Shown: positions 31,708 to 40,785, counted from the first letter of the stretch. The stretch is DNA of 64,000 bases from Candidatus Zambryskiibacteriota bacterium (GCA_048499675.1 JASNZL010000001.1:58747-122746); one strand, 5' to 3'. Translations and numbers: made by a program. Notes: generated by a model from the sequence alone, not told the origin.

Positions 31708-32933
31708 GACACACCCCCCGACATCGCCAAGTGCTTGAATACAGTCTGCCTGACTGCGTGGGTGAACTTGCTCATCTCGGGGTGAGTAACAAGTCCGTGA
31801 TTGATATCCCAACTCACTACGTGAGCCGGAATCCCGAGGTCGTCCAAGATATCCTGTGCTCGTTCGGCCGTCATGTTGTAGGCAGAACCTTGAGCGCAGA
31901 TTCTCCGTTGGGCCAGGGGGCATCGAGATGCCTCGCATCCTGGCCGCGCGAAAACCTGCACCGAAGTAATGCTCGGAATCTTGAGCATCCGAGTAAGGGC
32001 ACATGACGACTTGAGATAGACGGGAATACCGGGAAAGTGTTCGGCGCTCAGTGAGAAGATGGAATCCACCAACTCCTGTGGCAACGATTTCACATTGTCA
32101 TCCCGAGGGATGTTTGGCATGGGGAGTTTATGAATCTCTACCAGTCCATTCTCGATACCTTCCGTCCAGCGCAGACCACCAGGAACGATCATATCGATGA
32201 CTTCGCTGTAGTGCTTCTTGACCCACAGCATCATCATCTCAATGCGATCCCGATTACCACTCCATTCAGGAACGATTGGTCGCATGTACCACGCGATGGT
32301 GGCACCAGCTTCCTTTGCCTCTTCGGCGTTGAGAAACCGATTATTATGCGCAGGTTCGATCATGTCAGGATTGTCTGCCCAGCACAGCGACAGCATCAAG
32401 CCGCGCGTCGCATTCGAGATGCGGGCGATATCGAGTTTTCTTCCTTTCGGGACTCCGCCCTTGGTAACGATCCAGAAGGGATTTTGAAGACCGCGGCGCA
32501 CGAATGCATCCATGATCTCAAACGTGCTTTCTGTAACCGGTCCAGGTGCAAATGGTTCAGTGCTTGCTGTTCCGATGCTGATGATTGTCTCACCAGCAAC
32601 GAAAAACGGATGCTTGATCAGTTCATCGACGATTTGATCAACGGTGAACTGATTGCGCCGTCTCGGTCTTTTTGGCATTGTGCCCTGATCTGCAAGATCT
32701 TGATGGGTGTCTTGAACGTGGCAGTATCTGCATTGCCAAGAACATCCAACCCACAGATCAATGCTCAGCGAGCTGTTAGACACGCTGACGCACGAGAGCG
32801 GATGATTGCTATCCGGTACAAGAACTCCGTACGTATATTCACGCACAGAAAATTCTCGTCCCGTAGTCATGCCGTTGATTGTGACGCGCGGTTCCGAATT
32901 GGCTGCCACGAAGTATTCCTCCTTGGATTCCAT
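31704..32933 (-). CDS. Radical SAM protein
   Basis: GCSWQCRYCH CxxxCxxC; GTASTEPF; IVTKG; extra C-terminal cysteines. Confidence 0.88.
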   Translation of the reverse strand: MESKEEYFVAANSEPRVTINGMTTGREFSVREYTYGVLVPDSNHPLSCVSVSNSSLSIDLWVGCSWQCRYCHVQDTHQDLADQGTMPKRPRRRNQFTVDQIVDELIKHPFFVAGETIISIGTASTEPFAPGPVTESTFEIMDAFVRRGLQNPFWIVTKGGVPKGRKLDIARISNATRGLMLSLCWADNPDMIEPAHNNRFLNAEEAKEAGATIAWYMRPIVPEWSGNRDRIEMMMLWVKKHYSEVIDMIVPGGLRWTEGIENGLVEIHKLPMPNIPRDDNVKSLPQELVDSIFSLSAEHFPGIPVYLKSSCALTRMLKIPSITSVQVFARPGCEASRCPLAQRRICAQGSAYNMTAERAQDILDDLGIPAHVVSWDINHGLVTHPEMSKFTHAVRQTVFKHLAMSGGVS

Positions 32934-33357
32934 AATTATTCACCTCCTTTTTGGGTTGTAAATGTGCAATTTTCAGAAATCCACCAGGATTTCTTCTGCC
33001 ATACTCATACCACAATTTTGGGTTTTATACAAGCCCGCCCGCATTCATTCCCCAGACCCCTTTCTGCGGGCGGGCAACATTCAGCCGAGGTTTTGCCAAA
33101 TCCAAATCCCCAGAAAAATAGTTTGGCAAAACCGAGTCCGCATAGTAGCCCCGCCACCTGCCCGAAGCATTGAGGGCAGAACACCAAAGAAAAATATCCT
33201 TTCCTTTTTCAGAAAAATCCTGCGCGAAAACCAAAGTTGTAAGAGACATTTTTCTTTGGTGTTGCCGAGCGTAGTTGGCGGTTGCAAATCACAAGGCGCG
33301 TGGAGCGTGCGAAACATCACCGATTTTGAAAAAAGGTGCGAGCTTGGTAAAATAAAG
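32927..33357 (-). repeat. Inverted repeat IR2 (right), supplies promoter/RBS/ATG of radical SAM operon
   Basis: Reverse complement of 26850-27277. Confidence 0.93.
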
Positions 33358-33361
33358 GCAC

Positions 33362-33517
33362 AAATTTATAGAATAAATTTTGCACAGAGAGCAAGCAAAC
33401 TGCTTTGCTTGCGTGTGGACTTGAAAAGCGGAGCCATGCCGCTTTGCGGCAGGCGAGCTGGGGTCGCGACCTTTTGTGCAACAAAAGAGTTGTGACCAAG
33501 TCCCACCTCGGGCACCA
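33362..33517 (+). repeat. tRNA-Leu(TAA) trailer module, displaced by the island
   Basis: GTGTGGACTT-GAAAAGCGGAGC...GCGAGCTGGGGTCGCG...GTGAC-CAAGTCCCACCTCGGGCACCA (exact tRNA 3' 21-mer). Confidence 0.85.
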
Positions 33518-33621
33518 GAATAGAACTCAACGGTTTTTGTAATGTTGCTAATAGAATTTTCATTTAAAAAATTATCCCCATTATGTTTCAGACTATTGTT
33601 CTTATGTGATATAGTCTATAC

Positions 33622-34356
33622 ATGAGATTAAAGAAAATAAATCCAAAAAAGAAATTATCTGAAAAATTAAGACTATCTGGGATGAGTTATGGACAAATAT
33701 CTAAAAAATTAGATATACCTAAAAGCACACTAAGTTTATGGCTCAAAGATATCCCCCTATCGACAGAACATAAAAAGAAGCTTTATACCAAACAAGTTCA
33801 AATGATAACATCAGGAAATTACGGCCAAAAACAAAGAAGAGAAAAAGAGGTGGCTTTAATTATTGCAAAATCTGAACTTGATATAATAAGACCAATAACT
33901 GATGAATCCTACCGTCTATTTGGATCAGCATTGTATTGGGCAGAAGGCAGTAAAACAAAAATGTTTCAAATGACAAATTCTGATCCTTACCTAATACTTT
34001 TTTGGGTAAGATGGGTTAAAAAAATATTTAATGTCTCTCCACGTAGATTGACAGCAAGACTAAATATTTATCCACAACAGTCAGAAATAGAGATAAAAAA
34101 ATTTTGGTCTGATTTGACAGATATTCCTGTCTCAAGATTTGGTAAAAGTTATATAAAACCATTAAGCAACAATTACAAAAGAAATAACCTTTACTATGGA
34201 ACAATTAGAATTGAAGTTCCTAAAGGTACTGATTACCGTTACAGGGTATACGGTTGGACGCGAGCAATATTGAAAGATATTGCACCAAACATCAGTTTCA
34301 TTGAAAAAAGATGGAGTAAATTAAGAACCGTTGCTAAACCAATAAATTTAATCTAA
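33622..34356 (+). CDS. HTH plus LAGLIDADG-like domain protein
   Basis: GMSYGQISKKLDIPKSTLSLW HTH; LYWAEGSK...MTNSDP motif. Confidence 0.65.
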   Translation: MRLKKINPKKKLSEKLRLSGMSYGQISKKLDIPKSTLSLWLKDIPLSTEHKKKLYTKQVQMITSGNYGQKQRREKEVALIIAKSELDIIRPITDESYRLFGSALYWAEGSKTKMFQMTNSDPYLILFWVRWVKKIFNVSPRRLTARLNIYPQQSEIEIKKFWSDLTDIPVSRFGKSYIKPLSNNYKRNNLYYGTIRIEVPKGTDYRYRVYGWTRAILKDIAPNISFIEKRWSKLRTVAKPINLI

Positions 34357-34368
34357 TATAAATTTATA

Positions 34369-34441
34369 CCGCCCATAACTCAGCTGGTAGAGTAACTCCC
34401 TCTTAAGGAGAAAGTCCCAGGTTCGATCCCTGGTGGGCGGA
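34369..34441 (+). tRNA. tRNA-Lys(CTT)
   Basis: CCGCCCA/TGGGCGG; CTCC-CTCTTAA-GGAG; GGTTCGATCCC. Confidence 0.93.
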
Positions 34442-34580
34442 CAAGCGTAAAAAAATCAGAACTGCTTCTGATTTTTAGCTTGTCCGAGGCGGAGCGATGT
34501 TTTTGTTTTGCGAAGCAAAGGCAAAAACCGCGAGCCAGGGTCGCGAGATTTTTCCGTCAGGAAAAATACTTGTGACGACA
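34442..34580 (+). repeat. tRNA-Lys trailer module (short arms)
   Basis: TGTCCG-AGGCGGAGC...GCGAGCCAGGGTCGCG...GTGAC-GACA. Confidence 0.65.
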
Positions 34581-34663
34581 AGATTTCATAAAAAAAATCG
34601 AGGACTGCTTCTACTTACCTGTATTGAAAATAAAACCAAAAAAAGTTAATATACAGAACATAT

Positions 34664-34744
34664 GGGCGAGTGGTGGAATGGTAGACACGCTAGTTTTAGG
34701 AACTAGTTCCGCAAGGAGTGGAGGTTCAAGTCCTCTCTCGCCCA
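34664..34744 (+). tRNA. tRNA-Leu(TAG)
   Basis: GGGCGAG/CTCGCCC; CTAGT-TTTAGGA-ACTAG; variable arm. Confidence 0.94.
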
Positions 34745-35103
34745 CAAAATTAACCGCGAAAGCGGTTTTAATTTTGTCAGGTGAAGTAAAGCGTAGCTTT
34801 ACGGAGAGGACTTGAACAGATTGTCGGTTTACTGTCGCACCAGCGACTGTCGACAATCTGCGTTTTGAATTTTATTGAGTGACGACGAAATGAAATTCAA
34901 AAAAAGACTCCTCTCTCGCCCACAAAATTAACCGCGAAAGCGGTTCTAATTTTGTGAGGCGAAGTAAAGCGTAGCTTTATGGAGAGGACTTGAACAGATT
35001 GTCGGTTTACTGTCGCACCAGCGACTGTCGACAATCTGCGTTTTGAATTTCATTGAGTGACGACGAAATGAAATTCAAAAAAAGACTCCTCTCTCGCCCA
35101 CCA
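34731..35103 (+). repeat. Two tandem 178-bp units, each regenerating the tRNA-Leu(TAG) 3' end
   Basis: TCCTCTCTCGCCCA at 34731, 34909, 35087; each unit contains antisense GAGAGGACTTGAA. Confidence 0.9.
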
Positions 35104-35290
35104 CTTCGCTATGCATTTACTATACATAGCTACGCGGTGCAGGCACAAAATTAACCGTATAAGCAGATTTAAAATACAAAACCCACAGGGCTACCCTGTG
35201 TATTTTGCTGTATTCTTGAAATGCAAAAATCGCCGATTAAGGCGATTTTTGCATTTCTTCCCATAAATTGTAAAACAATTTAGGGATTCT

Positions 35291-35685
35291 GATTCTTGTT
35301 ATAGTAAGCCGAATTCTGTTGTCACTTTATTCTCTCGAACAAAGTGATGTAGTAATTTATCTGGTCCCAGAGTTACCCTTGGGATCTAGCGGCACAAACT
35401 AACATTTCTGTTAGAGTACGGCCTTGCACAGAGGTAAGAATTTAGCCGTTGCATCCGCATGTTTCCATACGACAATTCCTCTGGATGAAAATATCCAACG
35501 GAACCTCTCCCCTTTCGGTTTGAGCGTTTCTGTTCGCATCTCTATTCTCACGAACGACGGGTGTTACCCGCTACCCTGCTATCGTGTAATCGCAAAGCGA
35601 TTACACGACTGTGTTCGGACTTTCCTCCATTACCCAACCTAGCATTAGCAAAAGTGGGCAACAGTAACTACGCCAAACAAGAATC
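35291..35685 (-). ncRNA. rnpB: RNase P RNA
   Basis: Minus strand GGAGGAAAGTCCGAACAC near 5' end and AACAGAATTCGGCTTA near 3' end; terminal P1 pairing; ends approximate. Confidence 0.92.
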
Positions 35686-35803
35686 TTTGAAGAGGATATC
35701 ATATTTTTGGTATTAAATCAAATTATTATTGCTTTTTTTATCCAAATATGATATAATAGAAACGGATTCGGTTCGTTGAAACCAAAGAAAAAGGAGAGAT
35801 GAA

Positions 35804-36937
35804 ATGGAAGCTTTTTTGTGGTCAATGATTTTAACGGTTGTGATTTTGTTCCTTCCGTTGGTTCTGGTCTTTTCTCCCTTCATTGTCAGAAAACTGGCTG
35901 AAAACGAGCTTTTTTGGGCTATTTGCAAAGAGGGTCAAACGCGACCTGTAACTTGGAACAAGAAGTTCAGGGAGTTCATTATGAGCTACTCTGGTAAGTG
36001 TTTTGCTGGAAAACTAAACAAGAGTTTAGCCACCAACAACGAAGATTATTGGGAAGTCGTTGATGACCCCAGAAAGCAAAGCGAAAAAACTGGATTGGGT
36101 AAGATTTTTGAAGGACTATACTGGATAGGTCTCCCCCCATTTGCCGAAATTATGCGTTACAAAATGACATGGATCGAATGGGGTCATCCTAAAAAGAAAG
36201 ATGGTTCAGTCTCCTCACACAAAGAGCCCATACCAAGAGAAGAGACCATAAGTCACGCACTCGTACAAAGTGATGTCTATTTCGTAAAGGTACCTTCGGT
36301 TGAAACAGCCGAAGGTATACCAGTCGATGTCAGCATCCTTTTGACGGCATGGATTAACAACCCATACAAGGCACTTTTTAGGGTGCAACACTGGTTAGAA
36401 GCAGTAACCAACCAAACCGAGGGTACATCCAGAGTTTTTATCGGCACACTCCAAATAAAAGAGTTGTTCACTCTTACCAAAGATGAACAGAAGAAAGGTG
36501 TCGATCCTGCAAACATAGCCAGCTTATCTGCCACATCCTCAAAGGCTCTCGAAGAAGCTCTCAAGGATAGATTGGCAGATTTCAAAACTAAGTTTGGAGT
36601 GACGGTTGATGATGTGCAGATTCAATCAATTGAACCGACTGGTGATGCGGCCGCAAAGTACCGAGAGCTTCTCACAAAGGAGTACGAGGCAACTCAAGAA
36701 GCCGCAATGGTCCGTATCAAAGCCAGCGCCGATGCGGATAAAATCCGAACGGTCGCCCAAGCCAACAAAGAAGCGGTGGAACTGGTCCTTGGAGCAGTTA
36801 CTTCACTTCCAGGCGGGTTAGAAGCATTTCACTCCCAAAATGTAGGGAACCTTCCAAATCTTCAGACCTATGTCGAGGGAAATAGAGGAGGAGAACCTAA
36901 AACTGTTATTGCAATCCCAACTCAAAATAAAAAATGA
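35804..36937 (+). CDS. SPFH/band-7-like membrane protein
   Basis: N-term TM; VETAEGIPVDV, NPYKALF, FGVTVDDVQIQSIE, Ala/Glu-rich coiled coil. Confidence 0.7.
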   Translation: MEAFLWSMILTVVILFLPLVLVFSPFIVRKLAENELFWAICKEGQTRPVTWNKKFREFIMSYSGKCFAGKLNKSLATNNEDYWEVVDDPRKQSEKTGLGKIFEGLYWIGLPPFAEIMRYKMTWIEWGHPKKKDGSVSSHKEPIPREETISHALVQSDVYFVKVPSVETAEGIPVDVSILLTAWINNPYKALFRVQHWLEAVTNQTEGTSRVFIGTLQIKELFTLTKDEQKKGVDPANIASLSATSSKALEEALKDRLADFKTKFGVTVDDVQIQSIEPTGDAAAKYRELLTKEYEATQEAAMVRIKASADADKIRTVAQANKEAVELVLGAVTSLPGGLEAFHSQNVGNLPNLQTYVEGNRGGEPKTVIAIPTQNKK

Positions 36938-36948
36938 CAAGGGAAATC

Positions 36949-36974
36949 AAGCCGGACAAAGTCCGGCTTTTTTT
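36949..36974 (+). terminator. Rho-independent terminator
   Basis: AAGCCGGAC-AAA-GTCCGGCTT + T-run. Confidence 0.8.
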
Positions 36975-37053
36975 GTTGACAATTTTTTTCTATATGATAT
37001 AATTATATTAGACAAGTTGTTTGAGATTTTAAAAGAAAAAGAAGGAGAATACA

Positions 37054-38244
37054 ATGACTAGAGATCTAGTTGTAAAATACCTGAAAATCGTAGCTTCACT
37101 GCTTGGGCTCTGGCTTGTTAGAATTCTATGGGACAAGGTGTCAATACCAAAAGCTCCAGAAATGACCCTGCCTATAATCTGGGGCACCCTAGCCGGTGTC
37201 TTGATTCTTTTTGGTTTTGGTCTTTTGTTTTACATATTGACCAGACCAAAAACAGAAGAAACAGAGAAGAGTAAAGACACTCCTTCTGAAACTCTTAAAT
37301 GGGTTAAAGAAGGTGCGGGCCTTTCCCTAATTCTGATTACAGTAGGGCTCATCATTTTCAACCTCGTAAGTTGGGCGATGATTCCCTGGTGGTGGAATGT
37401 ACTGTTCCACACTTGGTACACCTTGGTCTTTTTCAATATAGCCATGGGTACAATCCTTTTCCTGATAACCCTCAAACAAAAGGGTCCTGATGGAAAGGAT
37501 ACCAAGGAGGCAAACCCAACCGCATCAAGGTTGGCGAGTCTAATCGGATTACTCTTAGCGCTTGGGATTGGAACAATCATCTTTGAAAAGGTGACAAAAG
37601 AGGCAGATCTCTTTAGTTCCACCCAACCGATTGTCCTCCAACCCTCCTTCCAGCCGGACTTGCCGGCGGAGATCGCGCTTCCGATTATCGCAGAGTGCGA
37701 ATCGGGCGGAAAACACTTTGAGGAAGATGGTGTTACTCCCCTCAAGAACAAAGAGGGTTCAAGCGCCATCGGTAAGTATCAGATTCTCACCTCCACACAC
37801 GAGGAGCGAGCAAAGTCCATGGGGTTTGACATCAAGACCCCAGAAGGATACGAGGCTTACGCCAAAGTGCTCTACTCGGAGCCCGACGGCATCAAGCACT
37901 GGCTTGCGGATAGTCGAGCCAAGGAATGCATCGAGAAAGGACTCAAGGGTAACTTTGATTCTGAGTATGGGAAAAGGGTATGGAAAATGGTCGTGGAAGC
38001 ACCGACCGAGGGTTGGACTACGTGGTACCCAGCCAAATATTTTGACCTGAGTATTGAAGGAGAAGATCGTATTAAATCTTCCTACAAAACAGAATTTGTG
38101 ACCACTGAAGGTGTAGTTGTTACTGAAGCGCCTCGTGATCTACAAAAAAAGATACCAGGAATCACAGAAAAATACAGATTCAAATCACTTGAAAACAAAC
38201 CAGTGAAAATAATCGTCACACTGACGCCCTACAAAGCTAAGTGA
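37054..38244 (+). CDS. Multi-TM protein with lysozyme/transglycosylase-like domain
   Basis: About 5 TM segments; IIAECESGG...SAIGKYQI...HW motif. Confidence 0.65.
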   Translation: MTRDLVVKYLKIVASLLGLWLVRILWDKVSIPKAPEMTLPIIWGTLAGVLILFGFGLLFYILTRPKTEETEKSKDTPSETLKWVKEGAGLSLILITVGLIIFNLVSWAMIPWWWNVLFHTWYTLVFFNIAMGTILFLITLKQKGPDGKDTKEANPTASRLASLIGLLLALGIGTIIFEKVTKEADLFSSTQPIVLQPSFQPDLPAEIALPIIAECESGGKHFEEDGVTPLKNKEGSSAIGKYQILTSTHEERAKSMGFDIKTPEGYEAYAKVLYSEPDGIKHWLADSRAKECIEKGLKGNFDSEYGKRVWKMVVEAPTEGWTTWYPAKYFDLSIEGEDRIKSSYKTEFVTTEGVVVTEAPRDLQKKIPGITEKYRFKSLENKPVKIIVTLTPYKAK

Positions 38245-38301
38245 TGACGTACCGCGCCACTCCCACCGAAGGAGTAGGCGCGGTTTTTGTTTACAAAGTT
38301 A

Positions 38302-38637
38302 TTATGGAGTTGAGGTGCCACAGAAAAACAGATCACAAGGTATATTGAATGTATTTATAATTAGATTTAGCAACCCAAAAACAGAAAACATTATAAGAAG
38401 ACCGACTACTCCATACATAACAGCGCTTCTTTTTTTATCCAAATCCCCACCGTCTGCTCCCCATATAAGCTGGACTATGGAATAAAACAAATAAACAGTG
38501 GCCACAACAAATCCTAAAACAATAATAGGGTTTACAATAAGGACGGCTATCTTGCCTAGTAAATTTTTGACTGTAGACTGAGCATCTACCATCAAAGGCA
38601 AAAGAAACAATGGTAAATAAATTGCTATTTTTTTCAT
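38302..38637 (-). CDS. VirB2/TrbC-like pilin 1
   Basis: Signal ending DAQ, two hydrophobic helices, YGVVGLLIMFSVFGL. Confidence 0.8.
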   Translation of the reverse strand: MKKIAIYLPLFLLPLMVDAQSTVKNLLGKIAVLIVNPIIVLGFVVATVYLFYSIVQLIWGADGGDLDKKRSAVMYGVVGLLIMFSVFGLLNLIINTFNIPCDLFFCGTSTP

Positions 38638-38722
38638 ATATATATTATTATATTTTATTGCTTTATTTGCAAACAAAAAATGCGGACATATCCGCATTTT
38701 TCGTTTTAAAATCTTTCTGTGA

Positions 38723-39073
38723 TTAAGGGGTTATATCAGGTATCAAGTTGCCTACGTCTGGAGCAGTACCTGAATCTATATCAAGGTTCCCTTGCAACCA
38801 GTTAACAAGTCCCCAAACCGAAGCCATAACGAAGAGAGCGACAACTCCCCATATCATAGTTTTCTTTGCTTGTTCCTTGTCGTGATCTGCTCCAAATATG
38901 TACTTGACCAAACCATAGAAAAATCCAAGTACAGCTAGCGCAAATATTATTGGTATAAGAATTTCTACAATTCTACCAATTGATAGCGCCAAGCTTTCTA
39001 GGTTATCCAAACCTTGTGCAAAAGATACAACAGGAAGGAATAGAGCGCCGGCGATTAAAGCTATTTTTTTCAT
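38723..39073 (-). CDS. VirB2/TrbC-like pilin 2
   Basis: FAQ signal end; WGVVALFVMASVWGLV. Confidence 0.82.
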   Translation of the reverse strand: MKKIALIAGALFLPVVSFAQGLDNLESLALSIGRIVEILIPIIFALAVLGFFYGLVKYIFGADHDKEQAKKTMIWGVVALFVMASVWGLVNWLQGNLDIDSGTAPDVGNLIPDITP

Positions 39074-39163
39074 ATAATTTTTTTGTCCCCCAAGAATTTA
39101 TTATATTCTTATACGGGATAAATTAATAATTTTTAACGACCATTTAATAATTATAACATACTT

Positions 39164-39580
39164 CTACTGATTTTCGCCAGTAGAATTATACCAAACTTGA
39201 CTCCAGTCCTGACCATCTCCTCCTATTGAAGGAATTGGTACGCTCGTGTTACCTCCAGAACCCAGCAATTCAGTCTGCAAAAAAGCAACCAAACCCCAAA
39301 CCGAAGCCATAACGAAGAGAGCGACAACTCCCCAAACCATTATTTTCTTTCCTTCATCCTTTTCACTACCTGCTGACCTTATGTACTTTGCAACTCCCCA
39401 GAAGAAGAAGAGAAGGGCCAGTGTAAAGACAATAGGAATAATAATACGTGTAACAATTCGTCCTGCGTTTGTAAGAAGTATATTTGTTCCAGATAGAGTG
39501 CCTCCAGTCTGCGCAGTCTGCGCAAAAGAAATAATTGGAGTGAGTAAACCACTGATTATAATTGTTTTTATTTTTTTCAT
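39164..39580 (-). CDS. VirB2/TrbC-like pilin 3
   Basis: FFWGVAKYI...GKKIMVWGVVALFV. Confidence 0.82.
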   Translation of the reverse strand: MKKIKTIIISGLLTPIISFAQTAQTGGTLSGTNILLTNAGRIVTRIIIPIVFTLALLFFFWGVAKYIRSAGSEKDEGKKIMVWGVVALFVMASVWGLVAFLQTELLGSGGNTSVPIPSIGGDGQDWSQVWYNSTGENQ

Positions 39581-39661
39581 ATATTTTTTGTATAATAATT
39601 TAATTAGACTCTTATACTGTATTAATTACTTTTTTAATATTATATTTATATAATTTTCAAA

Positions 39662-40051
39662 TTAAGGATTAATTGTTGCCTCAACATACGGACCTACAAC
39701 ATTAGAATCTACGCTTGGCGTCAATTCTGTATCTACTTGCTGAATATCAAGTATGCCGAGCTCTGTTCTAATAAAGTATACTATACCCCATATTGAAGAA
39801 GCAATAAACAAAGCAAAAATACCCAAAATCATCACTCTTTTGCCTTCATCTTTTTCGCTTCCTGCTGACCTTATGTATTTTGCCACTCCCCAGAAGAAAT
39901 ACAGCAAGCACAAAGCAAAAGCTATTGGTATTAAAACTTGAACTATGACATTGTAACCAGCGTTTATGATATCTTGCGCTTTTGTATTTTGTGCATCTGC
40001 TAATATTGGAACCAAAAAAAGAAAAAAAGTTTTGATAAATATATTTTTCAT
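39662..40051 (-). CDS. VirB2/TrbC-like pilin 4
   Basis: FFWGVAKYI...GKRVMILGIFALFI. Confidence 0.82.
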   Translation of the reverse strand: MKNIFIKTFFLFLVPILADAQNTKAQDIINAGYNVIVQVLIPIAFALCLLYFFWGVAKYIRSAGSEKDEGKRVMILGIFALFIASSIWGIVYFIRTELGILDIQQVDTELTPSVDSNVVGPYVEATINP

Positions 40052-40056
40052 ATAAA

Positions 40057-40341
40057 CTAAAATTTAATCTGAGGTATAACCACATCTGCACCAAAACCTA
40101 ACTCACTTTTTATAAAAGAAATTATACCCCAAATTGTAACTAGAATAAACATACCAACAACTCCCCAAATAAGTAAATTTTTACTGTCTTTTGTGTCTTT
40201 TTCACTTCCGGATGATTTAATATATCGAGCCACACCAATCAAAAAGACAAAAAAAGCCAAAGCGCCCATAAAGGGTATAAGTGTTGATACAATATTTATA
40301 AACATTGTTATTAACTCACTGATTGTCTTAGGACTAGTCAT
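40057..40341 (-). CDS. VirB2/TrbC-like pilin 5
   Basis: GVARYI...LIWGVVGMFILVTIWGI. Confidence 0.8.
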   Translation of the reverse strand: MTSPKTISELITMFINIVSTLIPFMGALAFFVFLIGVARYIKSSGSEKDTKDSKNLLIWGVVGMFILVTIWGIISFIKSELGFGADVVIPQIKF

Positions 40342-40365
40342 AAGGTTATGTTTTATATTTAAATA

Positions 40366-40785
40366 CTAACTCTTTAATTCATTTATTGTGCCTTGTATTA
40401 CTTCAGATATTACCCACGCACCAAGCAAAATTGCAGAGCCTATTAAAGCCCATTTTAGCGATTCTTTGGCTTTTGTAATCTGAGTTTCGTTGCCTCGAGC
40501 TGTAACAAACAAAAATCCTGAGAAAATAATCATAACTACTGCAACTACAGCACCTATTGGTATTAGTATTTCATCAACTATAGCTTTGACTAAATCAGGA
40601 ATAGTCTTCGTTTTAAAAGGATTGTCTATTTTTATGTTGTAAGACACTGGGTTTGTAGCAGGTCCATCTCCTCCAGTTGCAGTTTGATTTCCTCCTCCAG
40701 AAGCTTGTTGTGCCATCAATAAAGAAGGATAAAAAGCAATGAATAATATAACTAATAGACCAAAAAATTTATTAACTTTATTCAT
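40366..40785 (-). CDS. VirB2/TrbC-like pilin 6
   Basis: IIFSGFLFVTARGN...KAKESLKWALIG. Confidence 0.85.
   Translation of the reverse strand: MNKVNKFFGLLVILFIAFYPSLLMAQQASGGGNQTATGGDGPATNPVSYNIKIDNPFKTKTIPDLVKAIVDEILIPIGAVVAVVMIIFSGFLFVTARGNETQITKAKESLKWALIGSAILLGAWVISEVIQGTINELKS

Larger units (their letters stand above)
24997..33361. mobile_element. Serine-recombinase integrative island at tRNA-Leu(TAA)
   Basis: GGCAC core at both ends (~24998 and ~33357), recombinase gene, GC-richer cargo, two inverted-repeat pairs. Confidence 0.8.

Noticed and set aside
34731-35103. Regularly spaced repeats resembling a CRISPR array (also 47281-47740)
   Set aside because: Spacers are near-identical to each other and over 150 bp, repeats are tRNA 3' ends, and no cas genes are present
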